This document shows positions 15,830 to 24,311 of a DNA stretch of 29,156 bases, one piece after another (within the stretch, counting starts at the first letter, position 1; every line of letters begins with the position of its first letter). The DNA comes from a virus. Its lineage: Duplodnaviria; Caudoviricetes. The stretch covers positions 1 through 29,156 of the IMG/VR virus record IMGVR_UViG_3300034104_001201. One strand, given 5' to 3'. Under the pieces are notes generated by a model, which was given only the letters and a program-made list of their open reading frames with translations, did no database searches and had not been told where the DNA came from. The position numbers and the translations under genes were made by a program.

Positions 15830-16121
15830 ACCTCTTGGCGATAAGATCGTTGTAAAGCCTCAAGAAAGGCTTAAAAGCTCCATTATTGAAGTCGTAATGT
15901 CTGAGCAACCTAATATGGGAACTGTCGTAGCAGTTGGCGAAGGTAAGCTCATAAAGGGTCGCAGACAAGAAATGCCTGTATCAGTAGGTGATTTTGTTCG
16001 TTATGGAACTATGGGAACTGACGAATATCTGAAATACTTTGAATACACAGAAGATGGTGAGCGTTATTTAGTAATGAGTTGGCAAGATGTCTGTTTTATA
16101 CAGGAGGAAGCTCATGCTTGA
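15819..16121 (+). CDS. groES: GroES-like co-chaperonin
   Basis: MKLKPLGDKIVVK...GTVVAVGEG...V.VGD.V.Y...DGE.YLVM...D. Confidence 0.92.
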   Translation: MKLKPLGDKIVVKPQERLKSSIIEVVMSEQPNMGTVVAVGEGKLIKGRRQEMPVSVGDFVRYGTMGTDEYLKYFEYTEDGERYLVMSWQDVCFIQEEAHA

Positions 16122-16371
16122 GATTATTGCAATATTAGCTTTTGGAGTTGTCGTATCGGTTATCTTTGACCAAATTTGGAAGCAACATAGAAGAAAGGAT
16201 CAGGAAATGGCTAAAACTGGCTTGTATTCAAATATCCATGCGAAGCAAGAACGGATCGCAAAACAGAAAGCGGAAGGTAAACCAGTAGAAAGGATGCGTA
16301 AAGTAGGAACTAAAGGCGCTCCAACTGCAGCAGCTTTTAAGGCAGCAGCTAAAACAGCAAAGAAGAAATAA
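16114..16371 (+). CDS. Basic protein with N-terminal TM segment; probable internal start at 16207 (MAKTGLYSNIHAKQERI)
   Basis: AGGAGG RBS before 16114; second RBS AAGGA/CAGGA before the in-frame ATG at 16207. Confidence 0.7.
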   Translation: MLEIIAILAFGVVVSVIFDQIWKQHRRKDQEMAKTGLYSNIHAKQERIAKQKAEGKPVERMRKVGTKGAPTAAAFKAAAKTAKKK

Positions 16372-16372
16372 T

Positions 16373-16651
16373 ATGGCAACCAAAAAACATGACAAACCAA
16401 TTCCTCGTAAAACGACAGGAAAAGACAAGACCTACAATCCTACAGATAAAGGAGCTGGAATGACAGCTAAGGGTCGAGCTGAATACAACGCTAAGAACAA
16501 TGCCAATCTAAAGCCTCCTGCACCAAATCCTAAGACAGAAAAAGACAAGGGTAGAAAAGCCTCTTTTTGTGCAAGGATGGAAGGAGTTGTCAGAAAAGCT
16601 AAAGGGCCTGCCGAAAGAGCTAAAGCATCACTAAAGAACTGGAACTGCTAA
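16373..16651 (+). CDS. Basic protein (DUF6321-like)
   Basis: GMTAKGRA.YN....NLKPPAP......RKASFCARM.G....W.C. Confidence 0.7.
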   Translation: MATKKHDKPIPRKTTGKDKTYNPTDKGAGMTAKGRAEYNAKNNANLKPPAPNPKTEKDKGRKASFCARMEGVVRKAKGPAERAKASLKNWNC

Positions 16652-16801
16652 ATGCCTCTCAAAAAATCATCCTCAACCAAAGCATTTGAAACCAACCTTA
16701 AAACCGAGCTGAAAGCTGGAAAGCCAAAGGCTCAAGCACTTGCAATTGCTTACTCTGTAAAGCGTGAAGCAAGCAAAAAACCAAGTAAAGGAAAAAAATG
16801 A
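16652..16801 (+). CDS. Small basic protein, 49 aa (not in ORF track)
   Basis: MPLKKSSSTKAFETNLKTELKAGKPKAQALAIAYSVKREASKKPSKGKK; MPLKK...GKP..QA.AIA pattern familiar from phage head modules; ATGA overlap. Confidence 0.8.
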   Translation: MPLKKSSSTKAFETNLKTELKAGKPKAQALAIAYSVKREASKKPSKGKK

Positions 16802-17004
16802 GCATTACGATAAAAGACTTAGAAATCAAAGAAGTAGAATTTATCTTGGCTGCATTATCTAAAGGGGAATACTCTTTGGTTGCTCCTGTCATTGAGAAGA
16901 TCAAAATTCAAGCTATTCCTCAAGCTCATGCAATCATGCAAGCGGAAGCTGATGCAAAAGCTCAAGAATTGGTAGAGAATACGGAAAAGACTACTGAGCA
17001 ATAA
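16798..17004 (+). CDS. Hypothetical protein, 68 aa
   Basis: AAAGGA RBS; ATGA overlap. Confidence 0.7.
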   Translation: MSITIKDLEIKEVEFILAALSKGEYSLVAPVIEKIKIQAIPQAHAIMQAEADAKAQELVENTEKTTEQ

Positions 17005-17006
17005 AA

Positions 17007-17420
17007 ATGACTGAATTAGCAAATCCTGTAGGCAGACCAACGCAATACGATCCTTCCTATTGTCAGAAGGCTATCGAGCTTGGAACTAAGGGTAAATCCC
17101 TAGAACAGATTTCAGGTGCATTGGGCATTACTTACAGGACTTTGTGCAATTGGCGAGATGAACATGAAGAATTTTTTCATGCCTTGGAGGAAGCCAAAGT
17201 CAGAGAGATGATTTGGTGGGAAGAACACGCTCAAGCCTACCTTGTAGAGCATAAGGATGGGGATAGATTGAATGTGGGTCTTTGGTCTAGATCAATGGCA
17301 GCAAGATTCCCAAAGAAGTATTCGGAGCGTATCAAGCAAGAGCTAACTGGAGCTGAAGGCGCTCCATTGCTAAAAGGTGTGGAGATAACCTTTGTTGAAC
17401 CAATCCGATCAGAAGATTAA
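17007..17420 (+). CDS. terS: Terminase small subunit
   Basis: GRPT.Y.P.YC...G.S...I...LG....T...W...H.EF HTH; ELTGAEGAP tail; precedes terL. Confidence 0.85.
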   Translation: MTELANPVGRPTQYDPSYCQKAIELGTKGKSLEQISGALGITYRTLCNWRDEHEEFFHALEEAKVREMIWWEEHAQAYLVEHKDGDRLNVGLWSRSMAARFPKKYSERIKQELTGAEGAPLLKGVEITFVEPIRSED

Positions 17421-18684
17421 GGATGCGGTTTCTAGGATAAGGTTTCCTAAGAAATTTGAGGCACTCTTTCAACCTGTAAAGGTTAGGTATCGCATATTTT
17501 ATGGTGGTCGAGGAGGTGCTAAGTCATGGTGCTTTGCTAGAGCGCTATTAGCCAAAGGCACTAAACAACCTATGCGTATCCTTTGCGCTAGGGAATTTCA
17601 GACCAGTATTAAGGATTCGGTTCATAAGCTCTTGTCAGATCAAATCTATGAGCTGAACATGGAATCTTTCTATGAGATTACTCAGACCACTATCCGAGGC
17701 ATCAACGGAACTGAGTTCATATTTGCTGGCATCAAAAACAATACCAATAACATCAAATCCATTGAAGGTATTGATATTGCATGGGTTGAGGAGGCTCAGT
17801 CTGTATCGGCTAACAGTTGGAATGTGCTGATCCCAACGATCCGTAAGCAAGACTCTGAGATATGGGTCAGCTTTAATCCTGAGTTGCCGACTGATGACAC
17901 TTGGAAGCGCTTTGTGGAGAGTCCTCCTGAAAGCTCTGTAGTCGTAAAAGTAAATTGGAATGACAATCCTTGGTTTCCTGAAACCCTTAATCTAGAACGC
18001 TTATCGCTTAAATCTAGGGATTTATCTGCCTATAACAATGTGTGGGAAGGCGCTACAAGAAACACAGTTGATGGAGCTATCTTTGGTAAAGAAATGGAAC
18101 AAGCCGAGCTTGAGAACCGAATTACCAATGTTCCTTACGATCCTTCTAAGCCTTGTCATGCGGTCTTTGACCTCGGTTGGGCAGACAATACGGCTTGTTG
18201 GATTATTCAATATGTTGGATTTGACATCAGAGTGCTGAGATATTTTGAGGATAACCAAAAGACTATTCAGCATTATCTAAGCCTAATGCAAACATTTGGA
18301 TACATTTACGACACTATTTGGCTACCCCATGATGGAGCTGCCAAGTCATTAGGAACAGGAAAGTCAATTGAGGAAATTGTCAGAGCGACAGGATTAAAGG
18401 TTCAGATCCTTGATCGAGTTCCAGTTGCAGACTCAATTAACGCAGCAAGAACAATATTCCCAAGATGTTATTTTGATAGAAAAAATACAGAAGAAGGTTT
18501 AAACTGTTTAAGACATTATCGCTATGATGTTGATGAGCATGGAACTTTTAGTCAAAAGCCTTTGCATGACATCTATTCTCATGGCGCAGATGCTTGGCGG
18601 TATATAGGATTAATGGTGAATGAGCCTAAGAAAAGGCAACCAGTTAAACAAACTTATGCTCCTATGGGGAGTTGGATGGGATAG
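17392..18684 (+). CDS. terL: Terminase large subunit (PBSX/Terminase_3 type)
   Basis: YGGRGGAKS Walker A, WVEEAQ Walker B, SFNP, DLGWAD nuclease motif, SHGADA; start TTG at 17392 or 17395. Confidence 0.96.
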   Translation: MLNQSDQKIKDAVSRIRFPKKFEALFQPVKVRYRIFYGGRGGAKSWCFARALLAKGTKQPMRILCAREFQTSIKDSVHKLLSDQIYELNMESFYEITQTTIRGINGTEFIFAGIKNNTNNIKSIEGIDIAWVEEAQSVSANSWNVLIPTIRKQDSEIWVSFNPELPTDDTWKRFVESPPESSVVVKVNWNDNPWFPETLNLERLSLKSRDLSAYNNVWEGATRNTVDGAIFGKEMEQAELENRITNVPYDPSKPCHAVFDLGWADNTACWIIQYVGFDIRVLRYFEDNQKTIQHYLSLMQTFGYIYDTIWLPHDGAAKSLGTGKSIEEIVRATGLKVQILDRVPVADSINAARTIFPRCYFDRKNTEEGLNCLRHYRYDVDEHGTFSQKPLHDIYSHGADAWRYIGLMVNEPKKRQPVKQTYAPMGSWMG

Positions 18685-18686
18685 AT

Positions 18687-20930
18687 ATGGCAGATTATCA
18701 AGATCAAGATTCAAGCGAAGATAGTCGTATTAATGAAGCTAAAAAGTTTCTAAACCTTTGTAACGATACCGACTCTAACAATCGAGCTGAAGCTCTTGAT
18801 GATGTGAGGTTTTGCGCTGGAGATCAATGGCCAGTAGATGTGCAAAATAGCCGAGTTTTAGAGTCTAGACCTTGCTTGACGATTAATAAGGTAGATGCCT
18901 ATGTTCGTCAAATCTGTAACCAAATCAGACAGCAAAGACCTCGGATTAAAGTCCAAGGCATGAATAACGAGGCAGATGCCAAACTAGCTGAGATTCTTAG
19001 TGGAGTTTGCCGACACATTGAATATCAATCTTCTGCTGATGTCGCATACGATACGGCAGTTGAATATGCAGTTAAGATGGGTTGGGGTTACTTCCGAGTA
19101 ATGACCGACTATATCTCTGATGATTCTTTTGAACAGGAAATCTACATCAGACCAATCGACAATCCTTTTACAGTCTATTTTGATCCCAACTCTCAGTTAC
19201 CTGATGGATCGGATGCAGAGCGTTGCTTGATTACGACTGTCGTTAGTAAAAAGACTTTTAAAGCTATGTATCCTGATAAGGATGATGGTCAAGGCTTTAC
19301 TAGCCGAGGAACTGGTGATTCGGATGCAGAATGGGTAACTAAAGAAGATGTTCGGATTGCTGAATACTTCTACACAGTCAAGACTCCTACCAAGTTAGTT
19401 CTTTTGTCAGATGGAACAAGCGTTTATCAAGACGAAATGCCTAGCGAACAAGCTCTAGCAGATGCTGGAATTACCATTATTGAAAAGCGAGATACCTACA
19501 AGAAGCAAATCAAATGGTGCAAAGTAACAGCTATGCAAGTGCTTGAAGAAGGAGATTGGGCTGGTAAATACATTCCAATTATTCCTGTATATGGTCAATC
19601 TTGCATTATTGATGCCAAGCACAAGAAGTTTGGATTGGTCAGAATGGCAAAAGATCCACAGCGTATGTATAACTACTGGACTACAGCTCTGACAGAATCT
19701 GTCGCTTTAGCTCCTAAAGCGAAATGGTTACTTGCTGAAGGTCAAGACGAAGGACATGAGCAAGAATGGAATCAAGCCAATATTAAGGCTATGCCTGTAT
19801 TGCGTTATAAGCAAACAGACACAGAAGGCAGAATTGCTCCAACTCCTACTCGCTTACAACCTGAGCCTCCTCCTGCTGGAATCGTTACAGCAACTCAAGG
19901 AATGTCTAACGACTTAATGACTGTTGTAGGCATCTATGATCCTAGTCAGCTCCCACAAGGAAACATTTCAGGTAAGGCTTTAGCTGGTCAGCAACAGCAA
20001 GTTGATATGGTGAACTTCCATTATTACGACAATCTGACTCGCTCTATTGCCTATTGTGGTCGCATTATTCTTGATTTAATTCCTCAGATTTACGATACAG
20101 AGCGTGTCATGCGGATTATCGGAGCTGATGAAAAGCCTGAAATTGTTACGCTCAATCAACGAGTAACGGATGAGCAAGGTGTCGAAAAGATCCTTAATGA
20201 TGTATCTGTTGGTCGCTATGATGTGGTTATGGATACAGGACCAGGTTTCTCAACCAAGAGAACAGAAGCTGTCGAAAACATGATGACTTTACTCGCTGCC
20301 GATCCTAACCTTATGCAGACTGCTGGTGATCTAATCTTCAGAAATATGGATTTCCCAGGCGCTGAAATCATTGCCGACAGACTTGCAGCATCCAATCCAT
20401 TAGCTCAGATTGACGAGAAATCAGATGTTCCTCCTCAAGTTCAGATGCAGTTGGCACAAGCTCAACAGACGATTCAGCAACTCCAACAAGAAAAGCAATT
20501 GTTGGCTATGGATATTAAATATGGCGCAACAATGCAACAAGCCAAAGAAGATGCTCATACCAAGCGCACTCTCATGGAAACTACTGCTAGAGCTTATAAC
20601 ACTCAAACAATGGCAGAAGTTAAGGTCAATGACCAAAATACTCGCTCCATTACAAGTCAGAATAAGACAGAAATTGATGCGATTGTTAAGCTACTTATTG
20701 CTAATCTTGATACAAGACAGTTGGAAGCTGAGATTGAGCGTAGAAATGAGGAGCAATTTGCGTATGCAAAAGAAGCTGCTACTGATATAGCGCATGAGTC
20801 CAACCCCTTAACTGGAGCGCCACAGACTAATATTCCTATGCCTCAAAGAGATGTAGCTTTAGAGCCAATCCAACCTCAACCAATGCAACAACCTATGCAA
20901 CCTCAACAAATGCCACAAGGAGTCCAATAA
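18687..20930 (+). CDS. Portal protein (P22-like)
   Basis: GDQW...RPCLTINK..., KDPQRMYNYW, SGKAL, GRYDV..DTGP.F.TKR; long C-terminal barrel and QPMQ repeats; likely start MADYQ. Confidence 0.95.
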   Translation: MADYQDQDSSEDSRINEAKKFLNLCNDTDSNNRAEALDDVRFCAGDQWPVDVQNSRVLESRPCLTINKVDAYVRQICNQIRQQRPRIKVQGMNNEADAKLAEILSGVCRHIEYQSSADVAYDTAVEYAVKMGWGYFRVMTDYISDDSFEQEIYIRPIDNPFTVYFDPNSQLPDGSDAERCLITTVVSKKTFKAMYPDKDDGQGFTSRGTGDSDAEWVTKEDVRIAEYFYTVKTPTKLVLLSDGTSVYQDEMPSEQALADAGITIIEKRDTYKKQIKWCKVTAMQVLEEGDWAGKYIPIIPVYGQSCIIDAKHKKFGLVRMAKDPQRMYNYWTTALTESVALAPKAKWLLAEGQDEGHEQEWNQANIKAMPVLRYKQTDTEGRIAPTPTRLQPEPPPAGIVTATQGMSNDLMTVVGIYDPSQLPQGNISGKALAGQQQQVDMVNFHYYDNLTRSIAYCGRIILDLIPQIYDTERVMRIIGADEKPEIVTLNQRVTDEQGVEKILNDVSVGRYDVVMDTGPGFSTKRTEAVENMMTLLAADPNLMQTAGDLIFRNMDFPGAEIIADRLAASNPLAQIDEKSDVPPQVQMQLAQAQQTIQQLQQEKQLLAMDIKYGATMQQAKEDAHTKRTLMETTARAYNTQTMAEVKVNDQNTRSITSQNKTEIDAIVKLLIANLDTRQLEAEIERRNEEQFAYAKEAATDIAHESNPLTGAPQTNIPMPQRDVALEPIQPQPMQQPMQPQQMPQGVQ

Positions 20931-21238
20931 TGCCAAGCCCAACCCTAGGAACAAGATTAATTAAGAAATTTGGTGAAGATGCCCACAGGTCTGAAGTCAG
21001 ACACAGTAAAGAATGGGAAGAATACCAAGTTCATCACTATGAAGATGGAAAACACATGGGAGAAGGCCCTGTTTCCTATCATGGAGATGACAAAGAAGAT
21101 GCTATGGATACAGCAAAAATGGCTTACGAACAAAGAGCCAAAAAGCGTGAAAAAGCTGAAAGTCCTAACCGATCAATTGTTACATCTGAAAATCGTAAAG
21201 ATTTCATTGAGAAGAAACTAGCAGAAAAGAATAAGTAA
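20930..21238 (+). CDS. Hypothetical protein with a C-terminal motif resembling the scaffold N-terminus
   Basis: TAATG coupling to portal; EWEEYQV..Y..G......YH.DDKEDA.DTA domain plus IVTSENRKDFIEKKL. Confidence 0.75.
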   Translation: MPSPTLGTRLIKKFGEDAHRSEVRHSKEWEEYQVHHYEDGKHMGEGPVSYHGDDKEDAMDTAKMAYEQRAKKREKAESPNRSIVTSENRKDFIEKKLAEKNK

Positions 21239-21247
21239 GTTTTAGTA

Positions 21248-21694
21248 ATGAAAATTAAAGTCAATCCTTATATTGCCTATCATGGAACAGATGTTCAGTT
21301 TCCTGAATTTGATGATAAAAAAGCCAATCAGCGTGATGAAGGATGGCTTGGAAAAGGACATTATTTTTCTACAGATGAAAATGTTGCTAGGGCAAATAAA
21401 TATGTTGCTGAAACGGAAGTTCATTTAGCTAATCCATTTTTAATAAGTTTGCCTAGTTTTTCTACAGATAAAAGAGATGTAATTCGTGATGCTTTAAAAC
21501 TGTCAAATGATGCAACTTCTGAACAAGTTACTGATAAATTAAAGAAACTTGGGCATGATGGGGTTGCTTTAGATTATTCGCCAACTGGTTATAACCATAA
21601 AGAATTATTGGCATTTAATGGAAAACAAACAAAAATTAAAAAATTTAAAGAAGTTCCAAAAACTAGTTTCAACAAACATCTTGAAAAGAAATAA
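21248..21694 (+). CDS. Stand-alone ADP-ribosyltransferase (ART-PolyVal-like, H-Y-E clade)
   Basis: AYHGT (H12), LGKGHYFST (Y39), L.NP, LGHDGV, KELLAF..KQ.K (E119). Confidence 0.82.
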   Translation: MKIKVNPYIAYHGTDVQFPEFDDKKANQRDEGWLGKGHYFSTDENVARANKYVAETEVHLANPFLISLPSFSTDKRDVIRDALKLSNDATSEQVTDKLKKLGHDGVALDYSPTGYNHKELLAFNGKQTKIKKFKEVPKTSFNKHLEKK

Positions 21695-21696
21695 TA

Positions 21697-21725
21697 TTGT
21701 TTTTAATAAGTTTTAGTGGTAAAAA
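21697..21725 (+). promoter_or_regulatory. Candidate promoter for scaffold/coat genes (TTGTTT-17-TAAAAA with TGn)
   Basis: AT-rich intergenic stretch with a 17-bp spacer and extended -10 TG. Confidence 0.4.
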
Positions 21726-21780
21726 TGAATTGTTTTAAACCTACCAATGGGATCATTGGGTTAAATCTTGAGGAATACTC

Positions 21781-22728
21781 ATGGCAGAAGTGCAAGAAGC
21801 AAAACAAGCTGGAAATGTAGTAACAAGTGATAATTTAGCTGAATGGACTATGAATCGTCTTGGTTTAGCTACCGAGGAAGCTCCTGTTGAGGCTGATGAA
21901 GTTGAGGAAACTCCTGAATCAGAGCCGATAGTTGAAGCTGAAGGTGAGAGTGAACAAGAATCAGAACCTGAAGCGAAAGTAACAGAGGAACGGAAACAAA
22001 ATCCTAAACTCGAAAAGCGGTTTTCGGAGCTTACTAAGGCTCGTAAATTGGCAGAAGAAAACGCTGCCAAGGCACAAGCTGAAAAAGAGGCTTTGGAAGC
22101 TAGACTTAGGGAATATGAAGAACGGAACACTCCACAGCAAAAGGTGGAAGATCCAATCGGAACAGAACCTAGGGCAGATCAGTTTGATGATGCTTTTGAA
22201 TATGCAAAGGCATTAGCGGAATGGTCAGCAGAGAAAGCGTTATACGACAGGGATCAGCAAGAAGCGGTTCGCAGAGCTGAAGAAGAACGCTCTAAAGTCC
22301 TAAAGACTTGGAGTGAGAAACTAGCCAAGGCGAAGCCTAATTTAGCTGATTTTGATGAGATTGTTGAATCTACTAAAGTCGTTGTAAGCAACGAAGTTAG
22401 AGATGCAATTATTGAATCGGATGTTGGCCCTGAGATTCTTTACCATCTAGCTAGTCTAGAAGAAGAAGAAGCTGAGAAGTTCCAAGCATTACCTGTTCAT
22501 AAAGCGCTTAGAGAGATTGGGAAGTTGGAAGCTAAATTCGAAAAGCAAGAAATTGCTGAAGAAAAGCCTACAAGTAAGCCTGTTACTCAGAAGTCTAAAG
22601 CTCCTGCTCCTCTTAGTCCTATAAGAGCAACTGGAAGTGCAATGGAAACACCTATTGGCTCAGATGGTGAGTTTCATGGGTCTTACCAAGCATGGAAGGC
22701 AGCTCGTAAGGCAGGGAAGATCAGGTAA
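21781..22728 (+). CDS. Scaffolding protein
   Basis: Acidic N-terminus, KRFSELT coiled coil, SDVGPEILYHLA, REIGKLEA, KAPAP..PI, Y.AWK.AR tail; directly before the coat gene. Confidence 0.88.
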   Translation: MAEVQEAKQAGNVVTSDNLAEWTMNRLGLATEEAPVEADEVEETPESEPIVEAEGESEQESEPEAKVTEERKQNPKLEKRFSELTKARKLAEENAAKAQAEKEALEARLREYEERNTPQQKVEDPIGTEPRADQFDDAFEYAKALAEWSAEKALYDRDQQEAVRRAEEERSKVLKTWSEKLAKAKPNLADFDEIVESTKVVVSNEVRDAIIESDVGPEILYHLASLEEEEAEKFQALPVHKALREIGKLEAKFEKQEIAEEKPTSKPVTQKSKAPAPLSPIRATGSAMETPIGSDGEFHGSYQAWKAARKAGKIR

Positions 22729-22757
22729 ACCCTAATTTCTTTTAAGGAAAAGAGAAA

Positions 22758-23987
22758 ATGAGTAATACCTTATTAACCATTAGCAAGATCACCAACGAAG
22801 CGTTGATGGTCTTGGAAAACGAATTAACTTTTACATCTGAAGTAGATCGTAACTATGATGATCAGTTTGCTGTAGTCGGTGCAAAGATTGGTAACACAGT
22901 CAATGTCCGTAGACCTGGTCGCTTTATTGGAACGACAGGCCCTGCCTTGAATGTTGAAGATTTTAACGAAACTTCAGTTCCTGTAACCCTCTCAACCCAG
23001 TTCCATGTGGATACACAGTTCACTACTCAGGATTTGGCATTGAGCTTGGATATGTTCTCGGATCGTGTTTTGAAACCAGCAGTTGCTGCTATCGCCAACA
23101 AGATTGACTTAGATGGCTTAACAATGGCTAAAAACAGCACCTACAATACTGTAGGAACGGCTGGAACTCCTCCAACTGGTCTTATTACCTTCTTGAACGC
23201 TGGTGCTTACCTTGATTCTGAAGGCGCTCCTCGTGATGGTCGCAGAGCAGTTGTTATTGATCCATTCTCAAGCGCAACGATTGTTGATAGCTTGAAGGGT
23301 CTGTTTGTTCCACAAGAAGCTATTTCTGCTCAGTATCGTAAAGGCTTAATGGGTCGTGATTCAGGTGGTATGAACTGGAAGATGGATCAGAACATTGTGA
23401 ACCAAACTTACGGATCATTCGCTGGAACAGCTACAGTCAATGTAACTACAGCTACTGGTTTCTTGACTAGCGGTTGGGCTTCCAATGCCAACATTACTTT
23501 GACTTTGACTAACACAGTTAGCCTAAATCAAGGTGATACTTTCACTATTGCTGGTGTATTCGGTGTAAACCCACAGAATCGTCAGTCTTACGGCAAACTG
23601 CGTAATTTCGTAGTTAATACTGCTGTTAGTGGAACTGGTGGAACTATTACAGTCAATGTATCTCCTGCTCCAATCAGCGCTGGTCAGTTCCAAAACATCA
23701 GCGTAACAAGTTCAGGCGCACAAGCTGTAACTTTCTTCAATAGCTCAGGAACTGTTAGTCCACAAAATATCCTCATGCACAAGAATGCGTTTACTCTCGC
23801 AGTAGCCGATCTTGAGTTGCCTGAAGGTGTTCATTTTGCTGGTCGAGCAAGCGACAAGGAAATTGGTCTGTCAATGCGTGTGGTTCGTCAATACACCATC
23901 AACAACGACTCAATCCCAACTCGTTTGGATGTTCTATATGGCTGGGCGCCTCTCTATCCTGAGTTGGCTTGCCGTATCGCATCTTAA
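22758..23987 (+). CDS. Major capsid protein (P22 coat family)
   Basis: NTLLT...IT.EAL.VLEN.L....V.R.YD..F...GAKIG.TV..R.P; RLDVLYGW...PELACR. Confidence 0.95.
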   Translation: MSNTLLTISKITNEALMVLENELTFTSEVDRNYDDQFAVVGAKIGNTVNVRRPGRFIGTTGPALNVEDFNETSVPVTLSTQFHVDTQFTTQDLALSLDMFSDRVLKPAVAAIANKIDLDGLTMAKNSTYNTVGTAGTPPTGLITFLNAGAYLDSEGAPRDGRRAVVIDPFSSATIVDSLKGLFVPQEAISAQYRKGLMGRDSGGMNWKMDQNIVNQTYGSFAGTATVNVTTATGFLTSGWASNANITLTLTNTVSLNQGDTFTIAGVFGVNPQNRQSYGKLRNFVVNTAVSGTGGTITVNVSPAPISAGQFQNISVTSSGAQAVTFFNSSGTVSPQNILMHKNAFTLAVADLELPEGVHFAGRASDKEIGLSMRVVRQYTINNDSIPTRLDVLYGWAPLYPELACRIAS

Positions 23988-24014
23988 TTTTTTAGCTAAC
24001 GAAAGGAATAAATC

Positions 24015-24248
24015 ATGGCTAATCCAGGACCAGCATCAACAGTATCAGAACTTTATCTCTTTAATGGTAATGCCGTAGATGGTATTGCTTTAGGGATTGC
24101 AGGTGGAAAAATCGGCTTTTATGGCGAAACTCCAGTAGTGCAAGCTGCTGCAATTACTACAATTGCAACAAACGCTACAGGAACAGCAATTTCTACAGCA
24201 GTTAATAGCATCATTACTGCATTGCAGAACATTGGTGTAACAGCCTAA
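24015..24248 (+). CDS. Small head-associated protein (possible decoration protein)
   Basis: DG..LG....KIGFYG.TPVVQ motif; co-transcribed with coat before a terminator. Confidence 0.65.
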   Translation: MANPGPASTVSELYLFNGNAVDGIALGIAGGKIGFYGETPVVQAAAITTIATNATGTAISTAVNSIITALQNIGVTA

Positions 24249-24262
24249 TCATGTCGTAAATC

Positions 24263-24298
24263 AAAGCTCACTCCCAAAAGGGGTGGGCTTTTTCTTTT
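24263..24298 (+). terminator. Intrinsic terminator after the capsid genes
   Basis: AAAGCTCACTCC-CAAAA-GGGGTGGGCTTT followed by TTCTTTT. Confidence 0.85.
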
Positions 24299-24311
24299 GT
24301 GAAGGGAAGAA

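Noticed and set aside
20865-20927. QPMQ low-complexity repeat at the portal C-terminus
   Set aside because: Common disordered tail of P22-like portals; not a separate element
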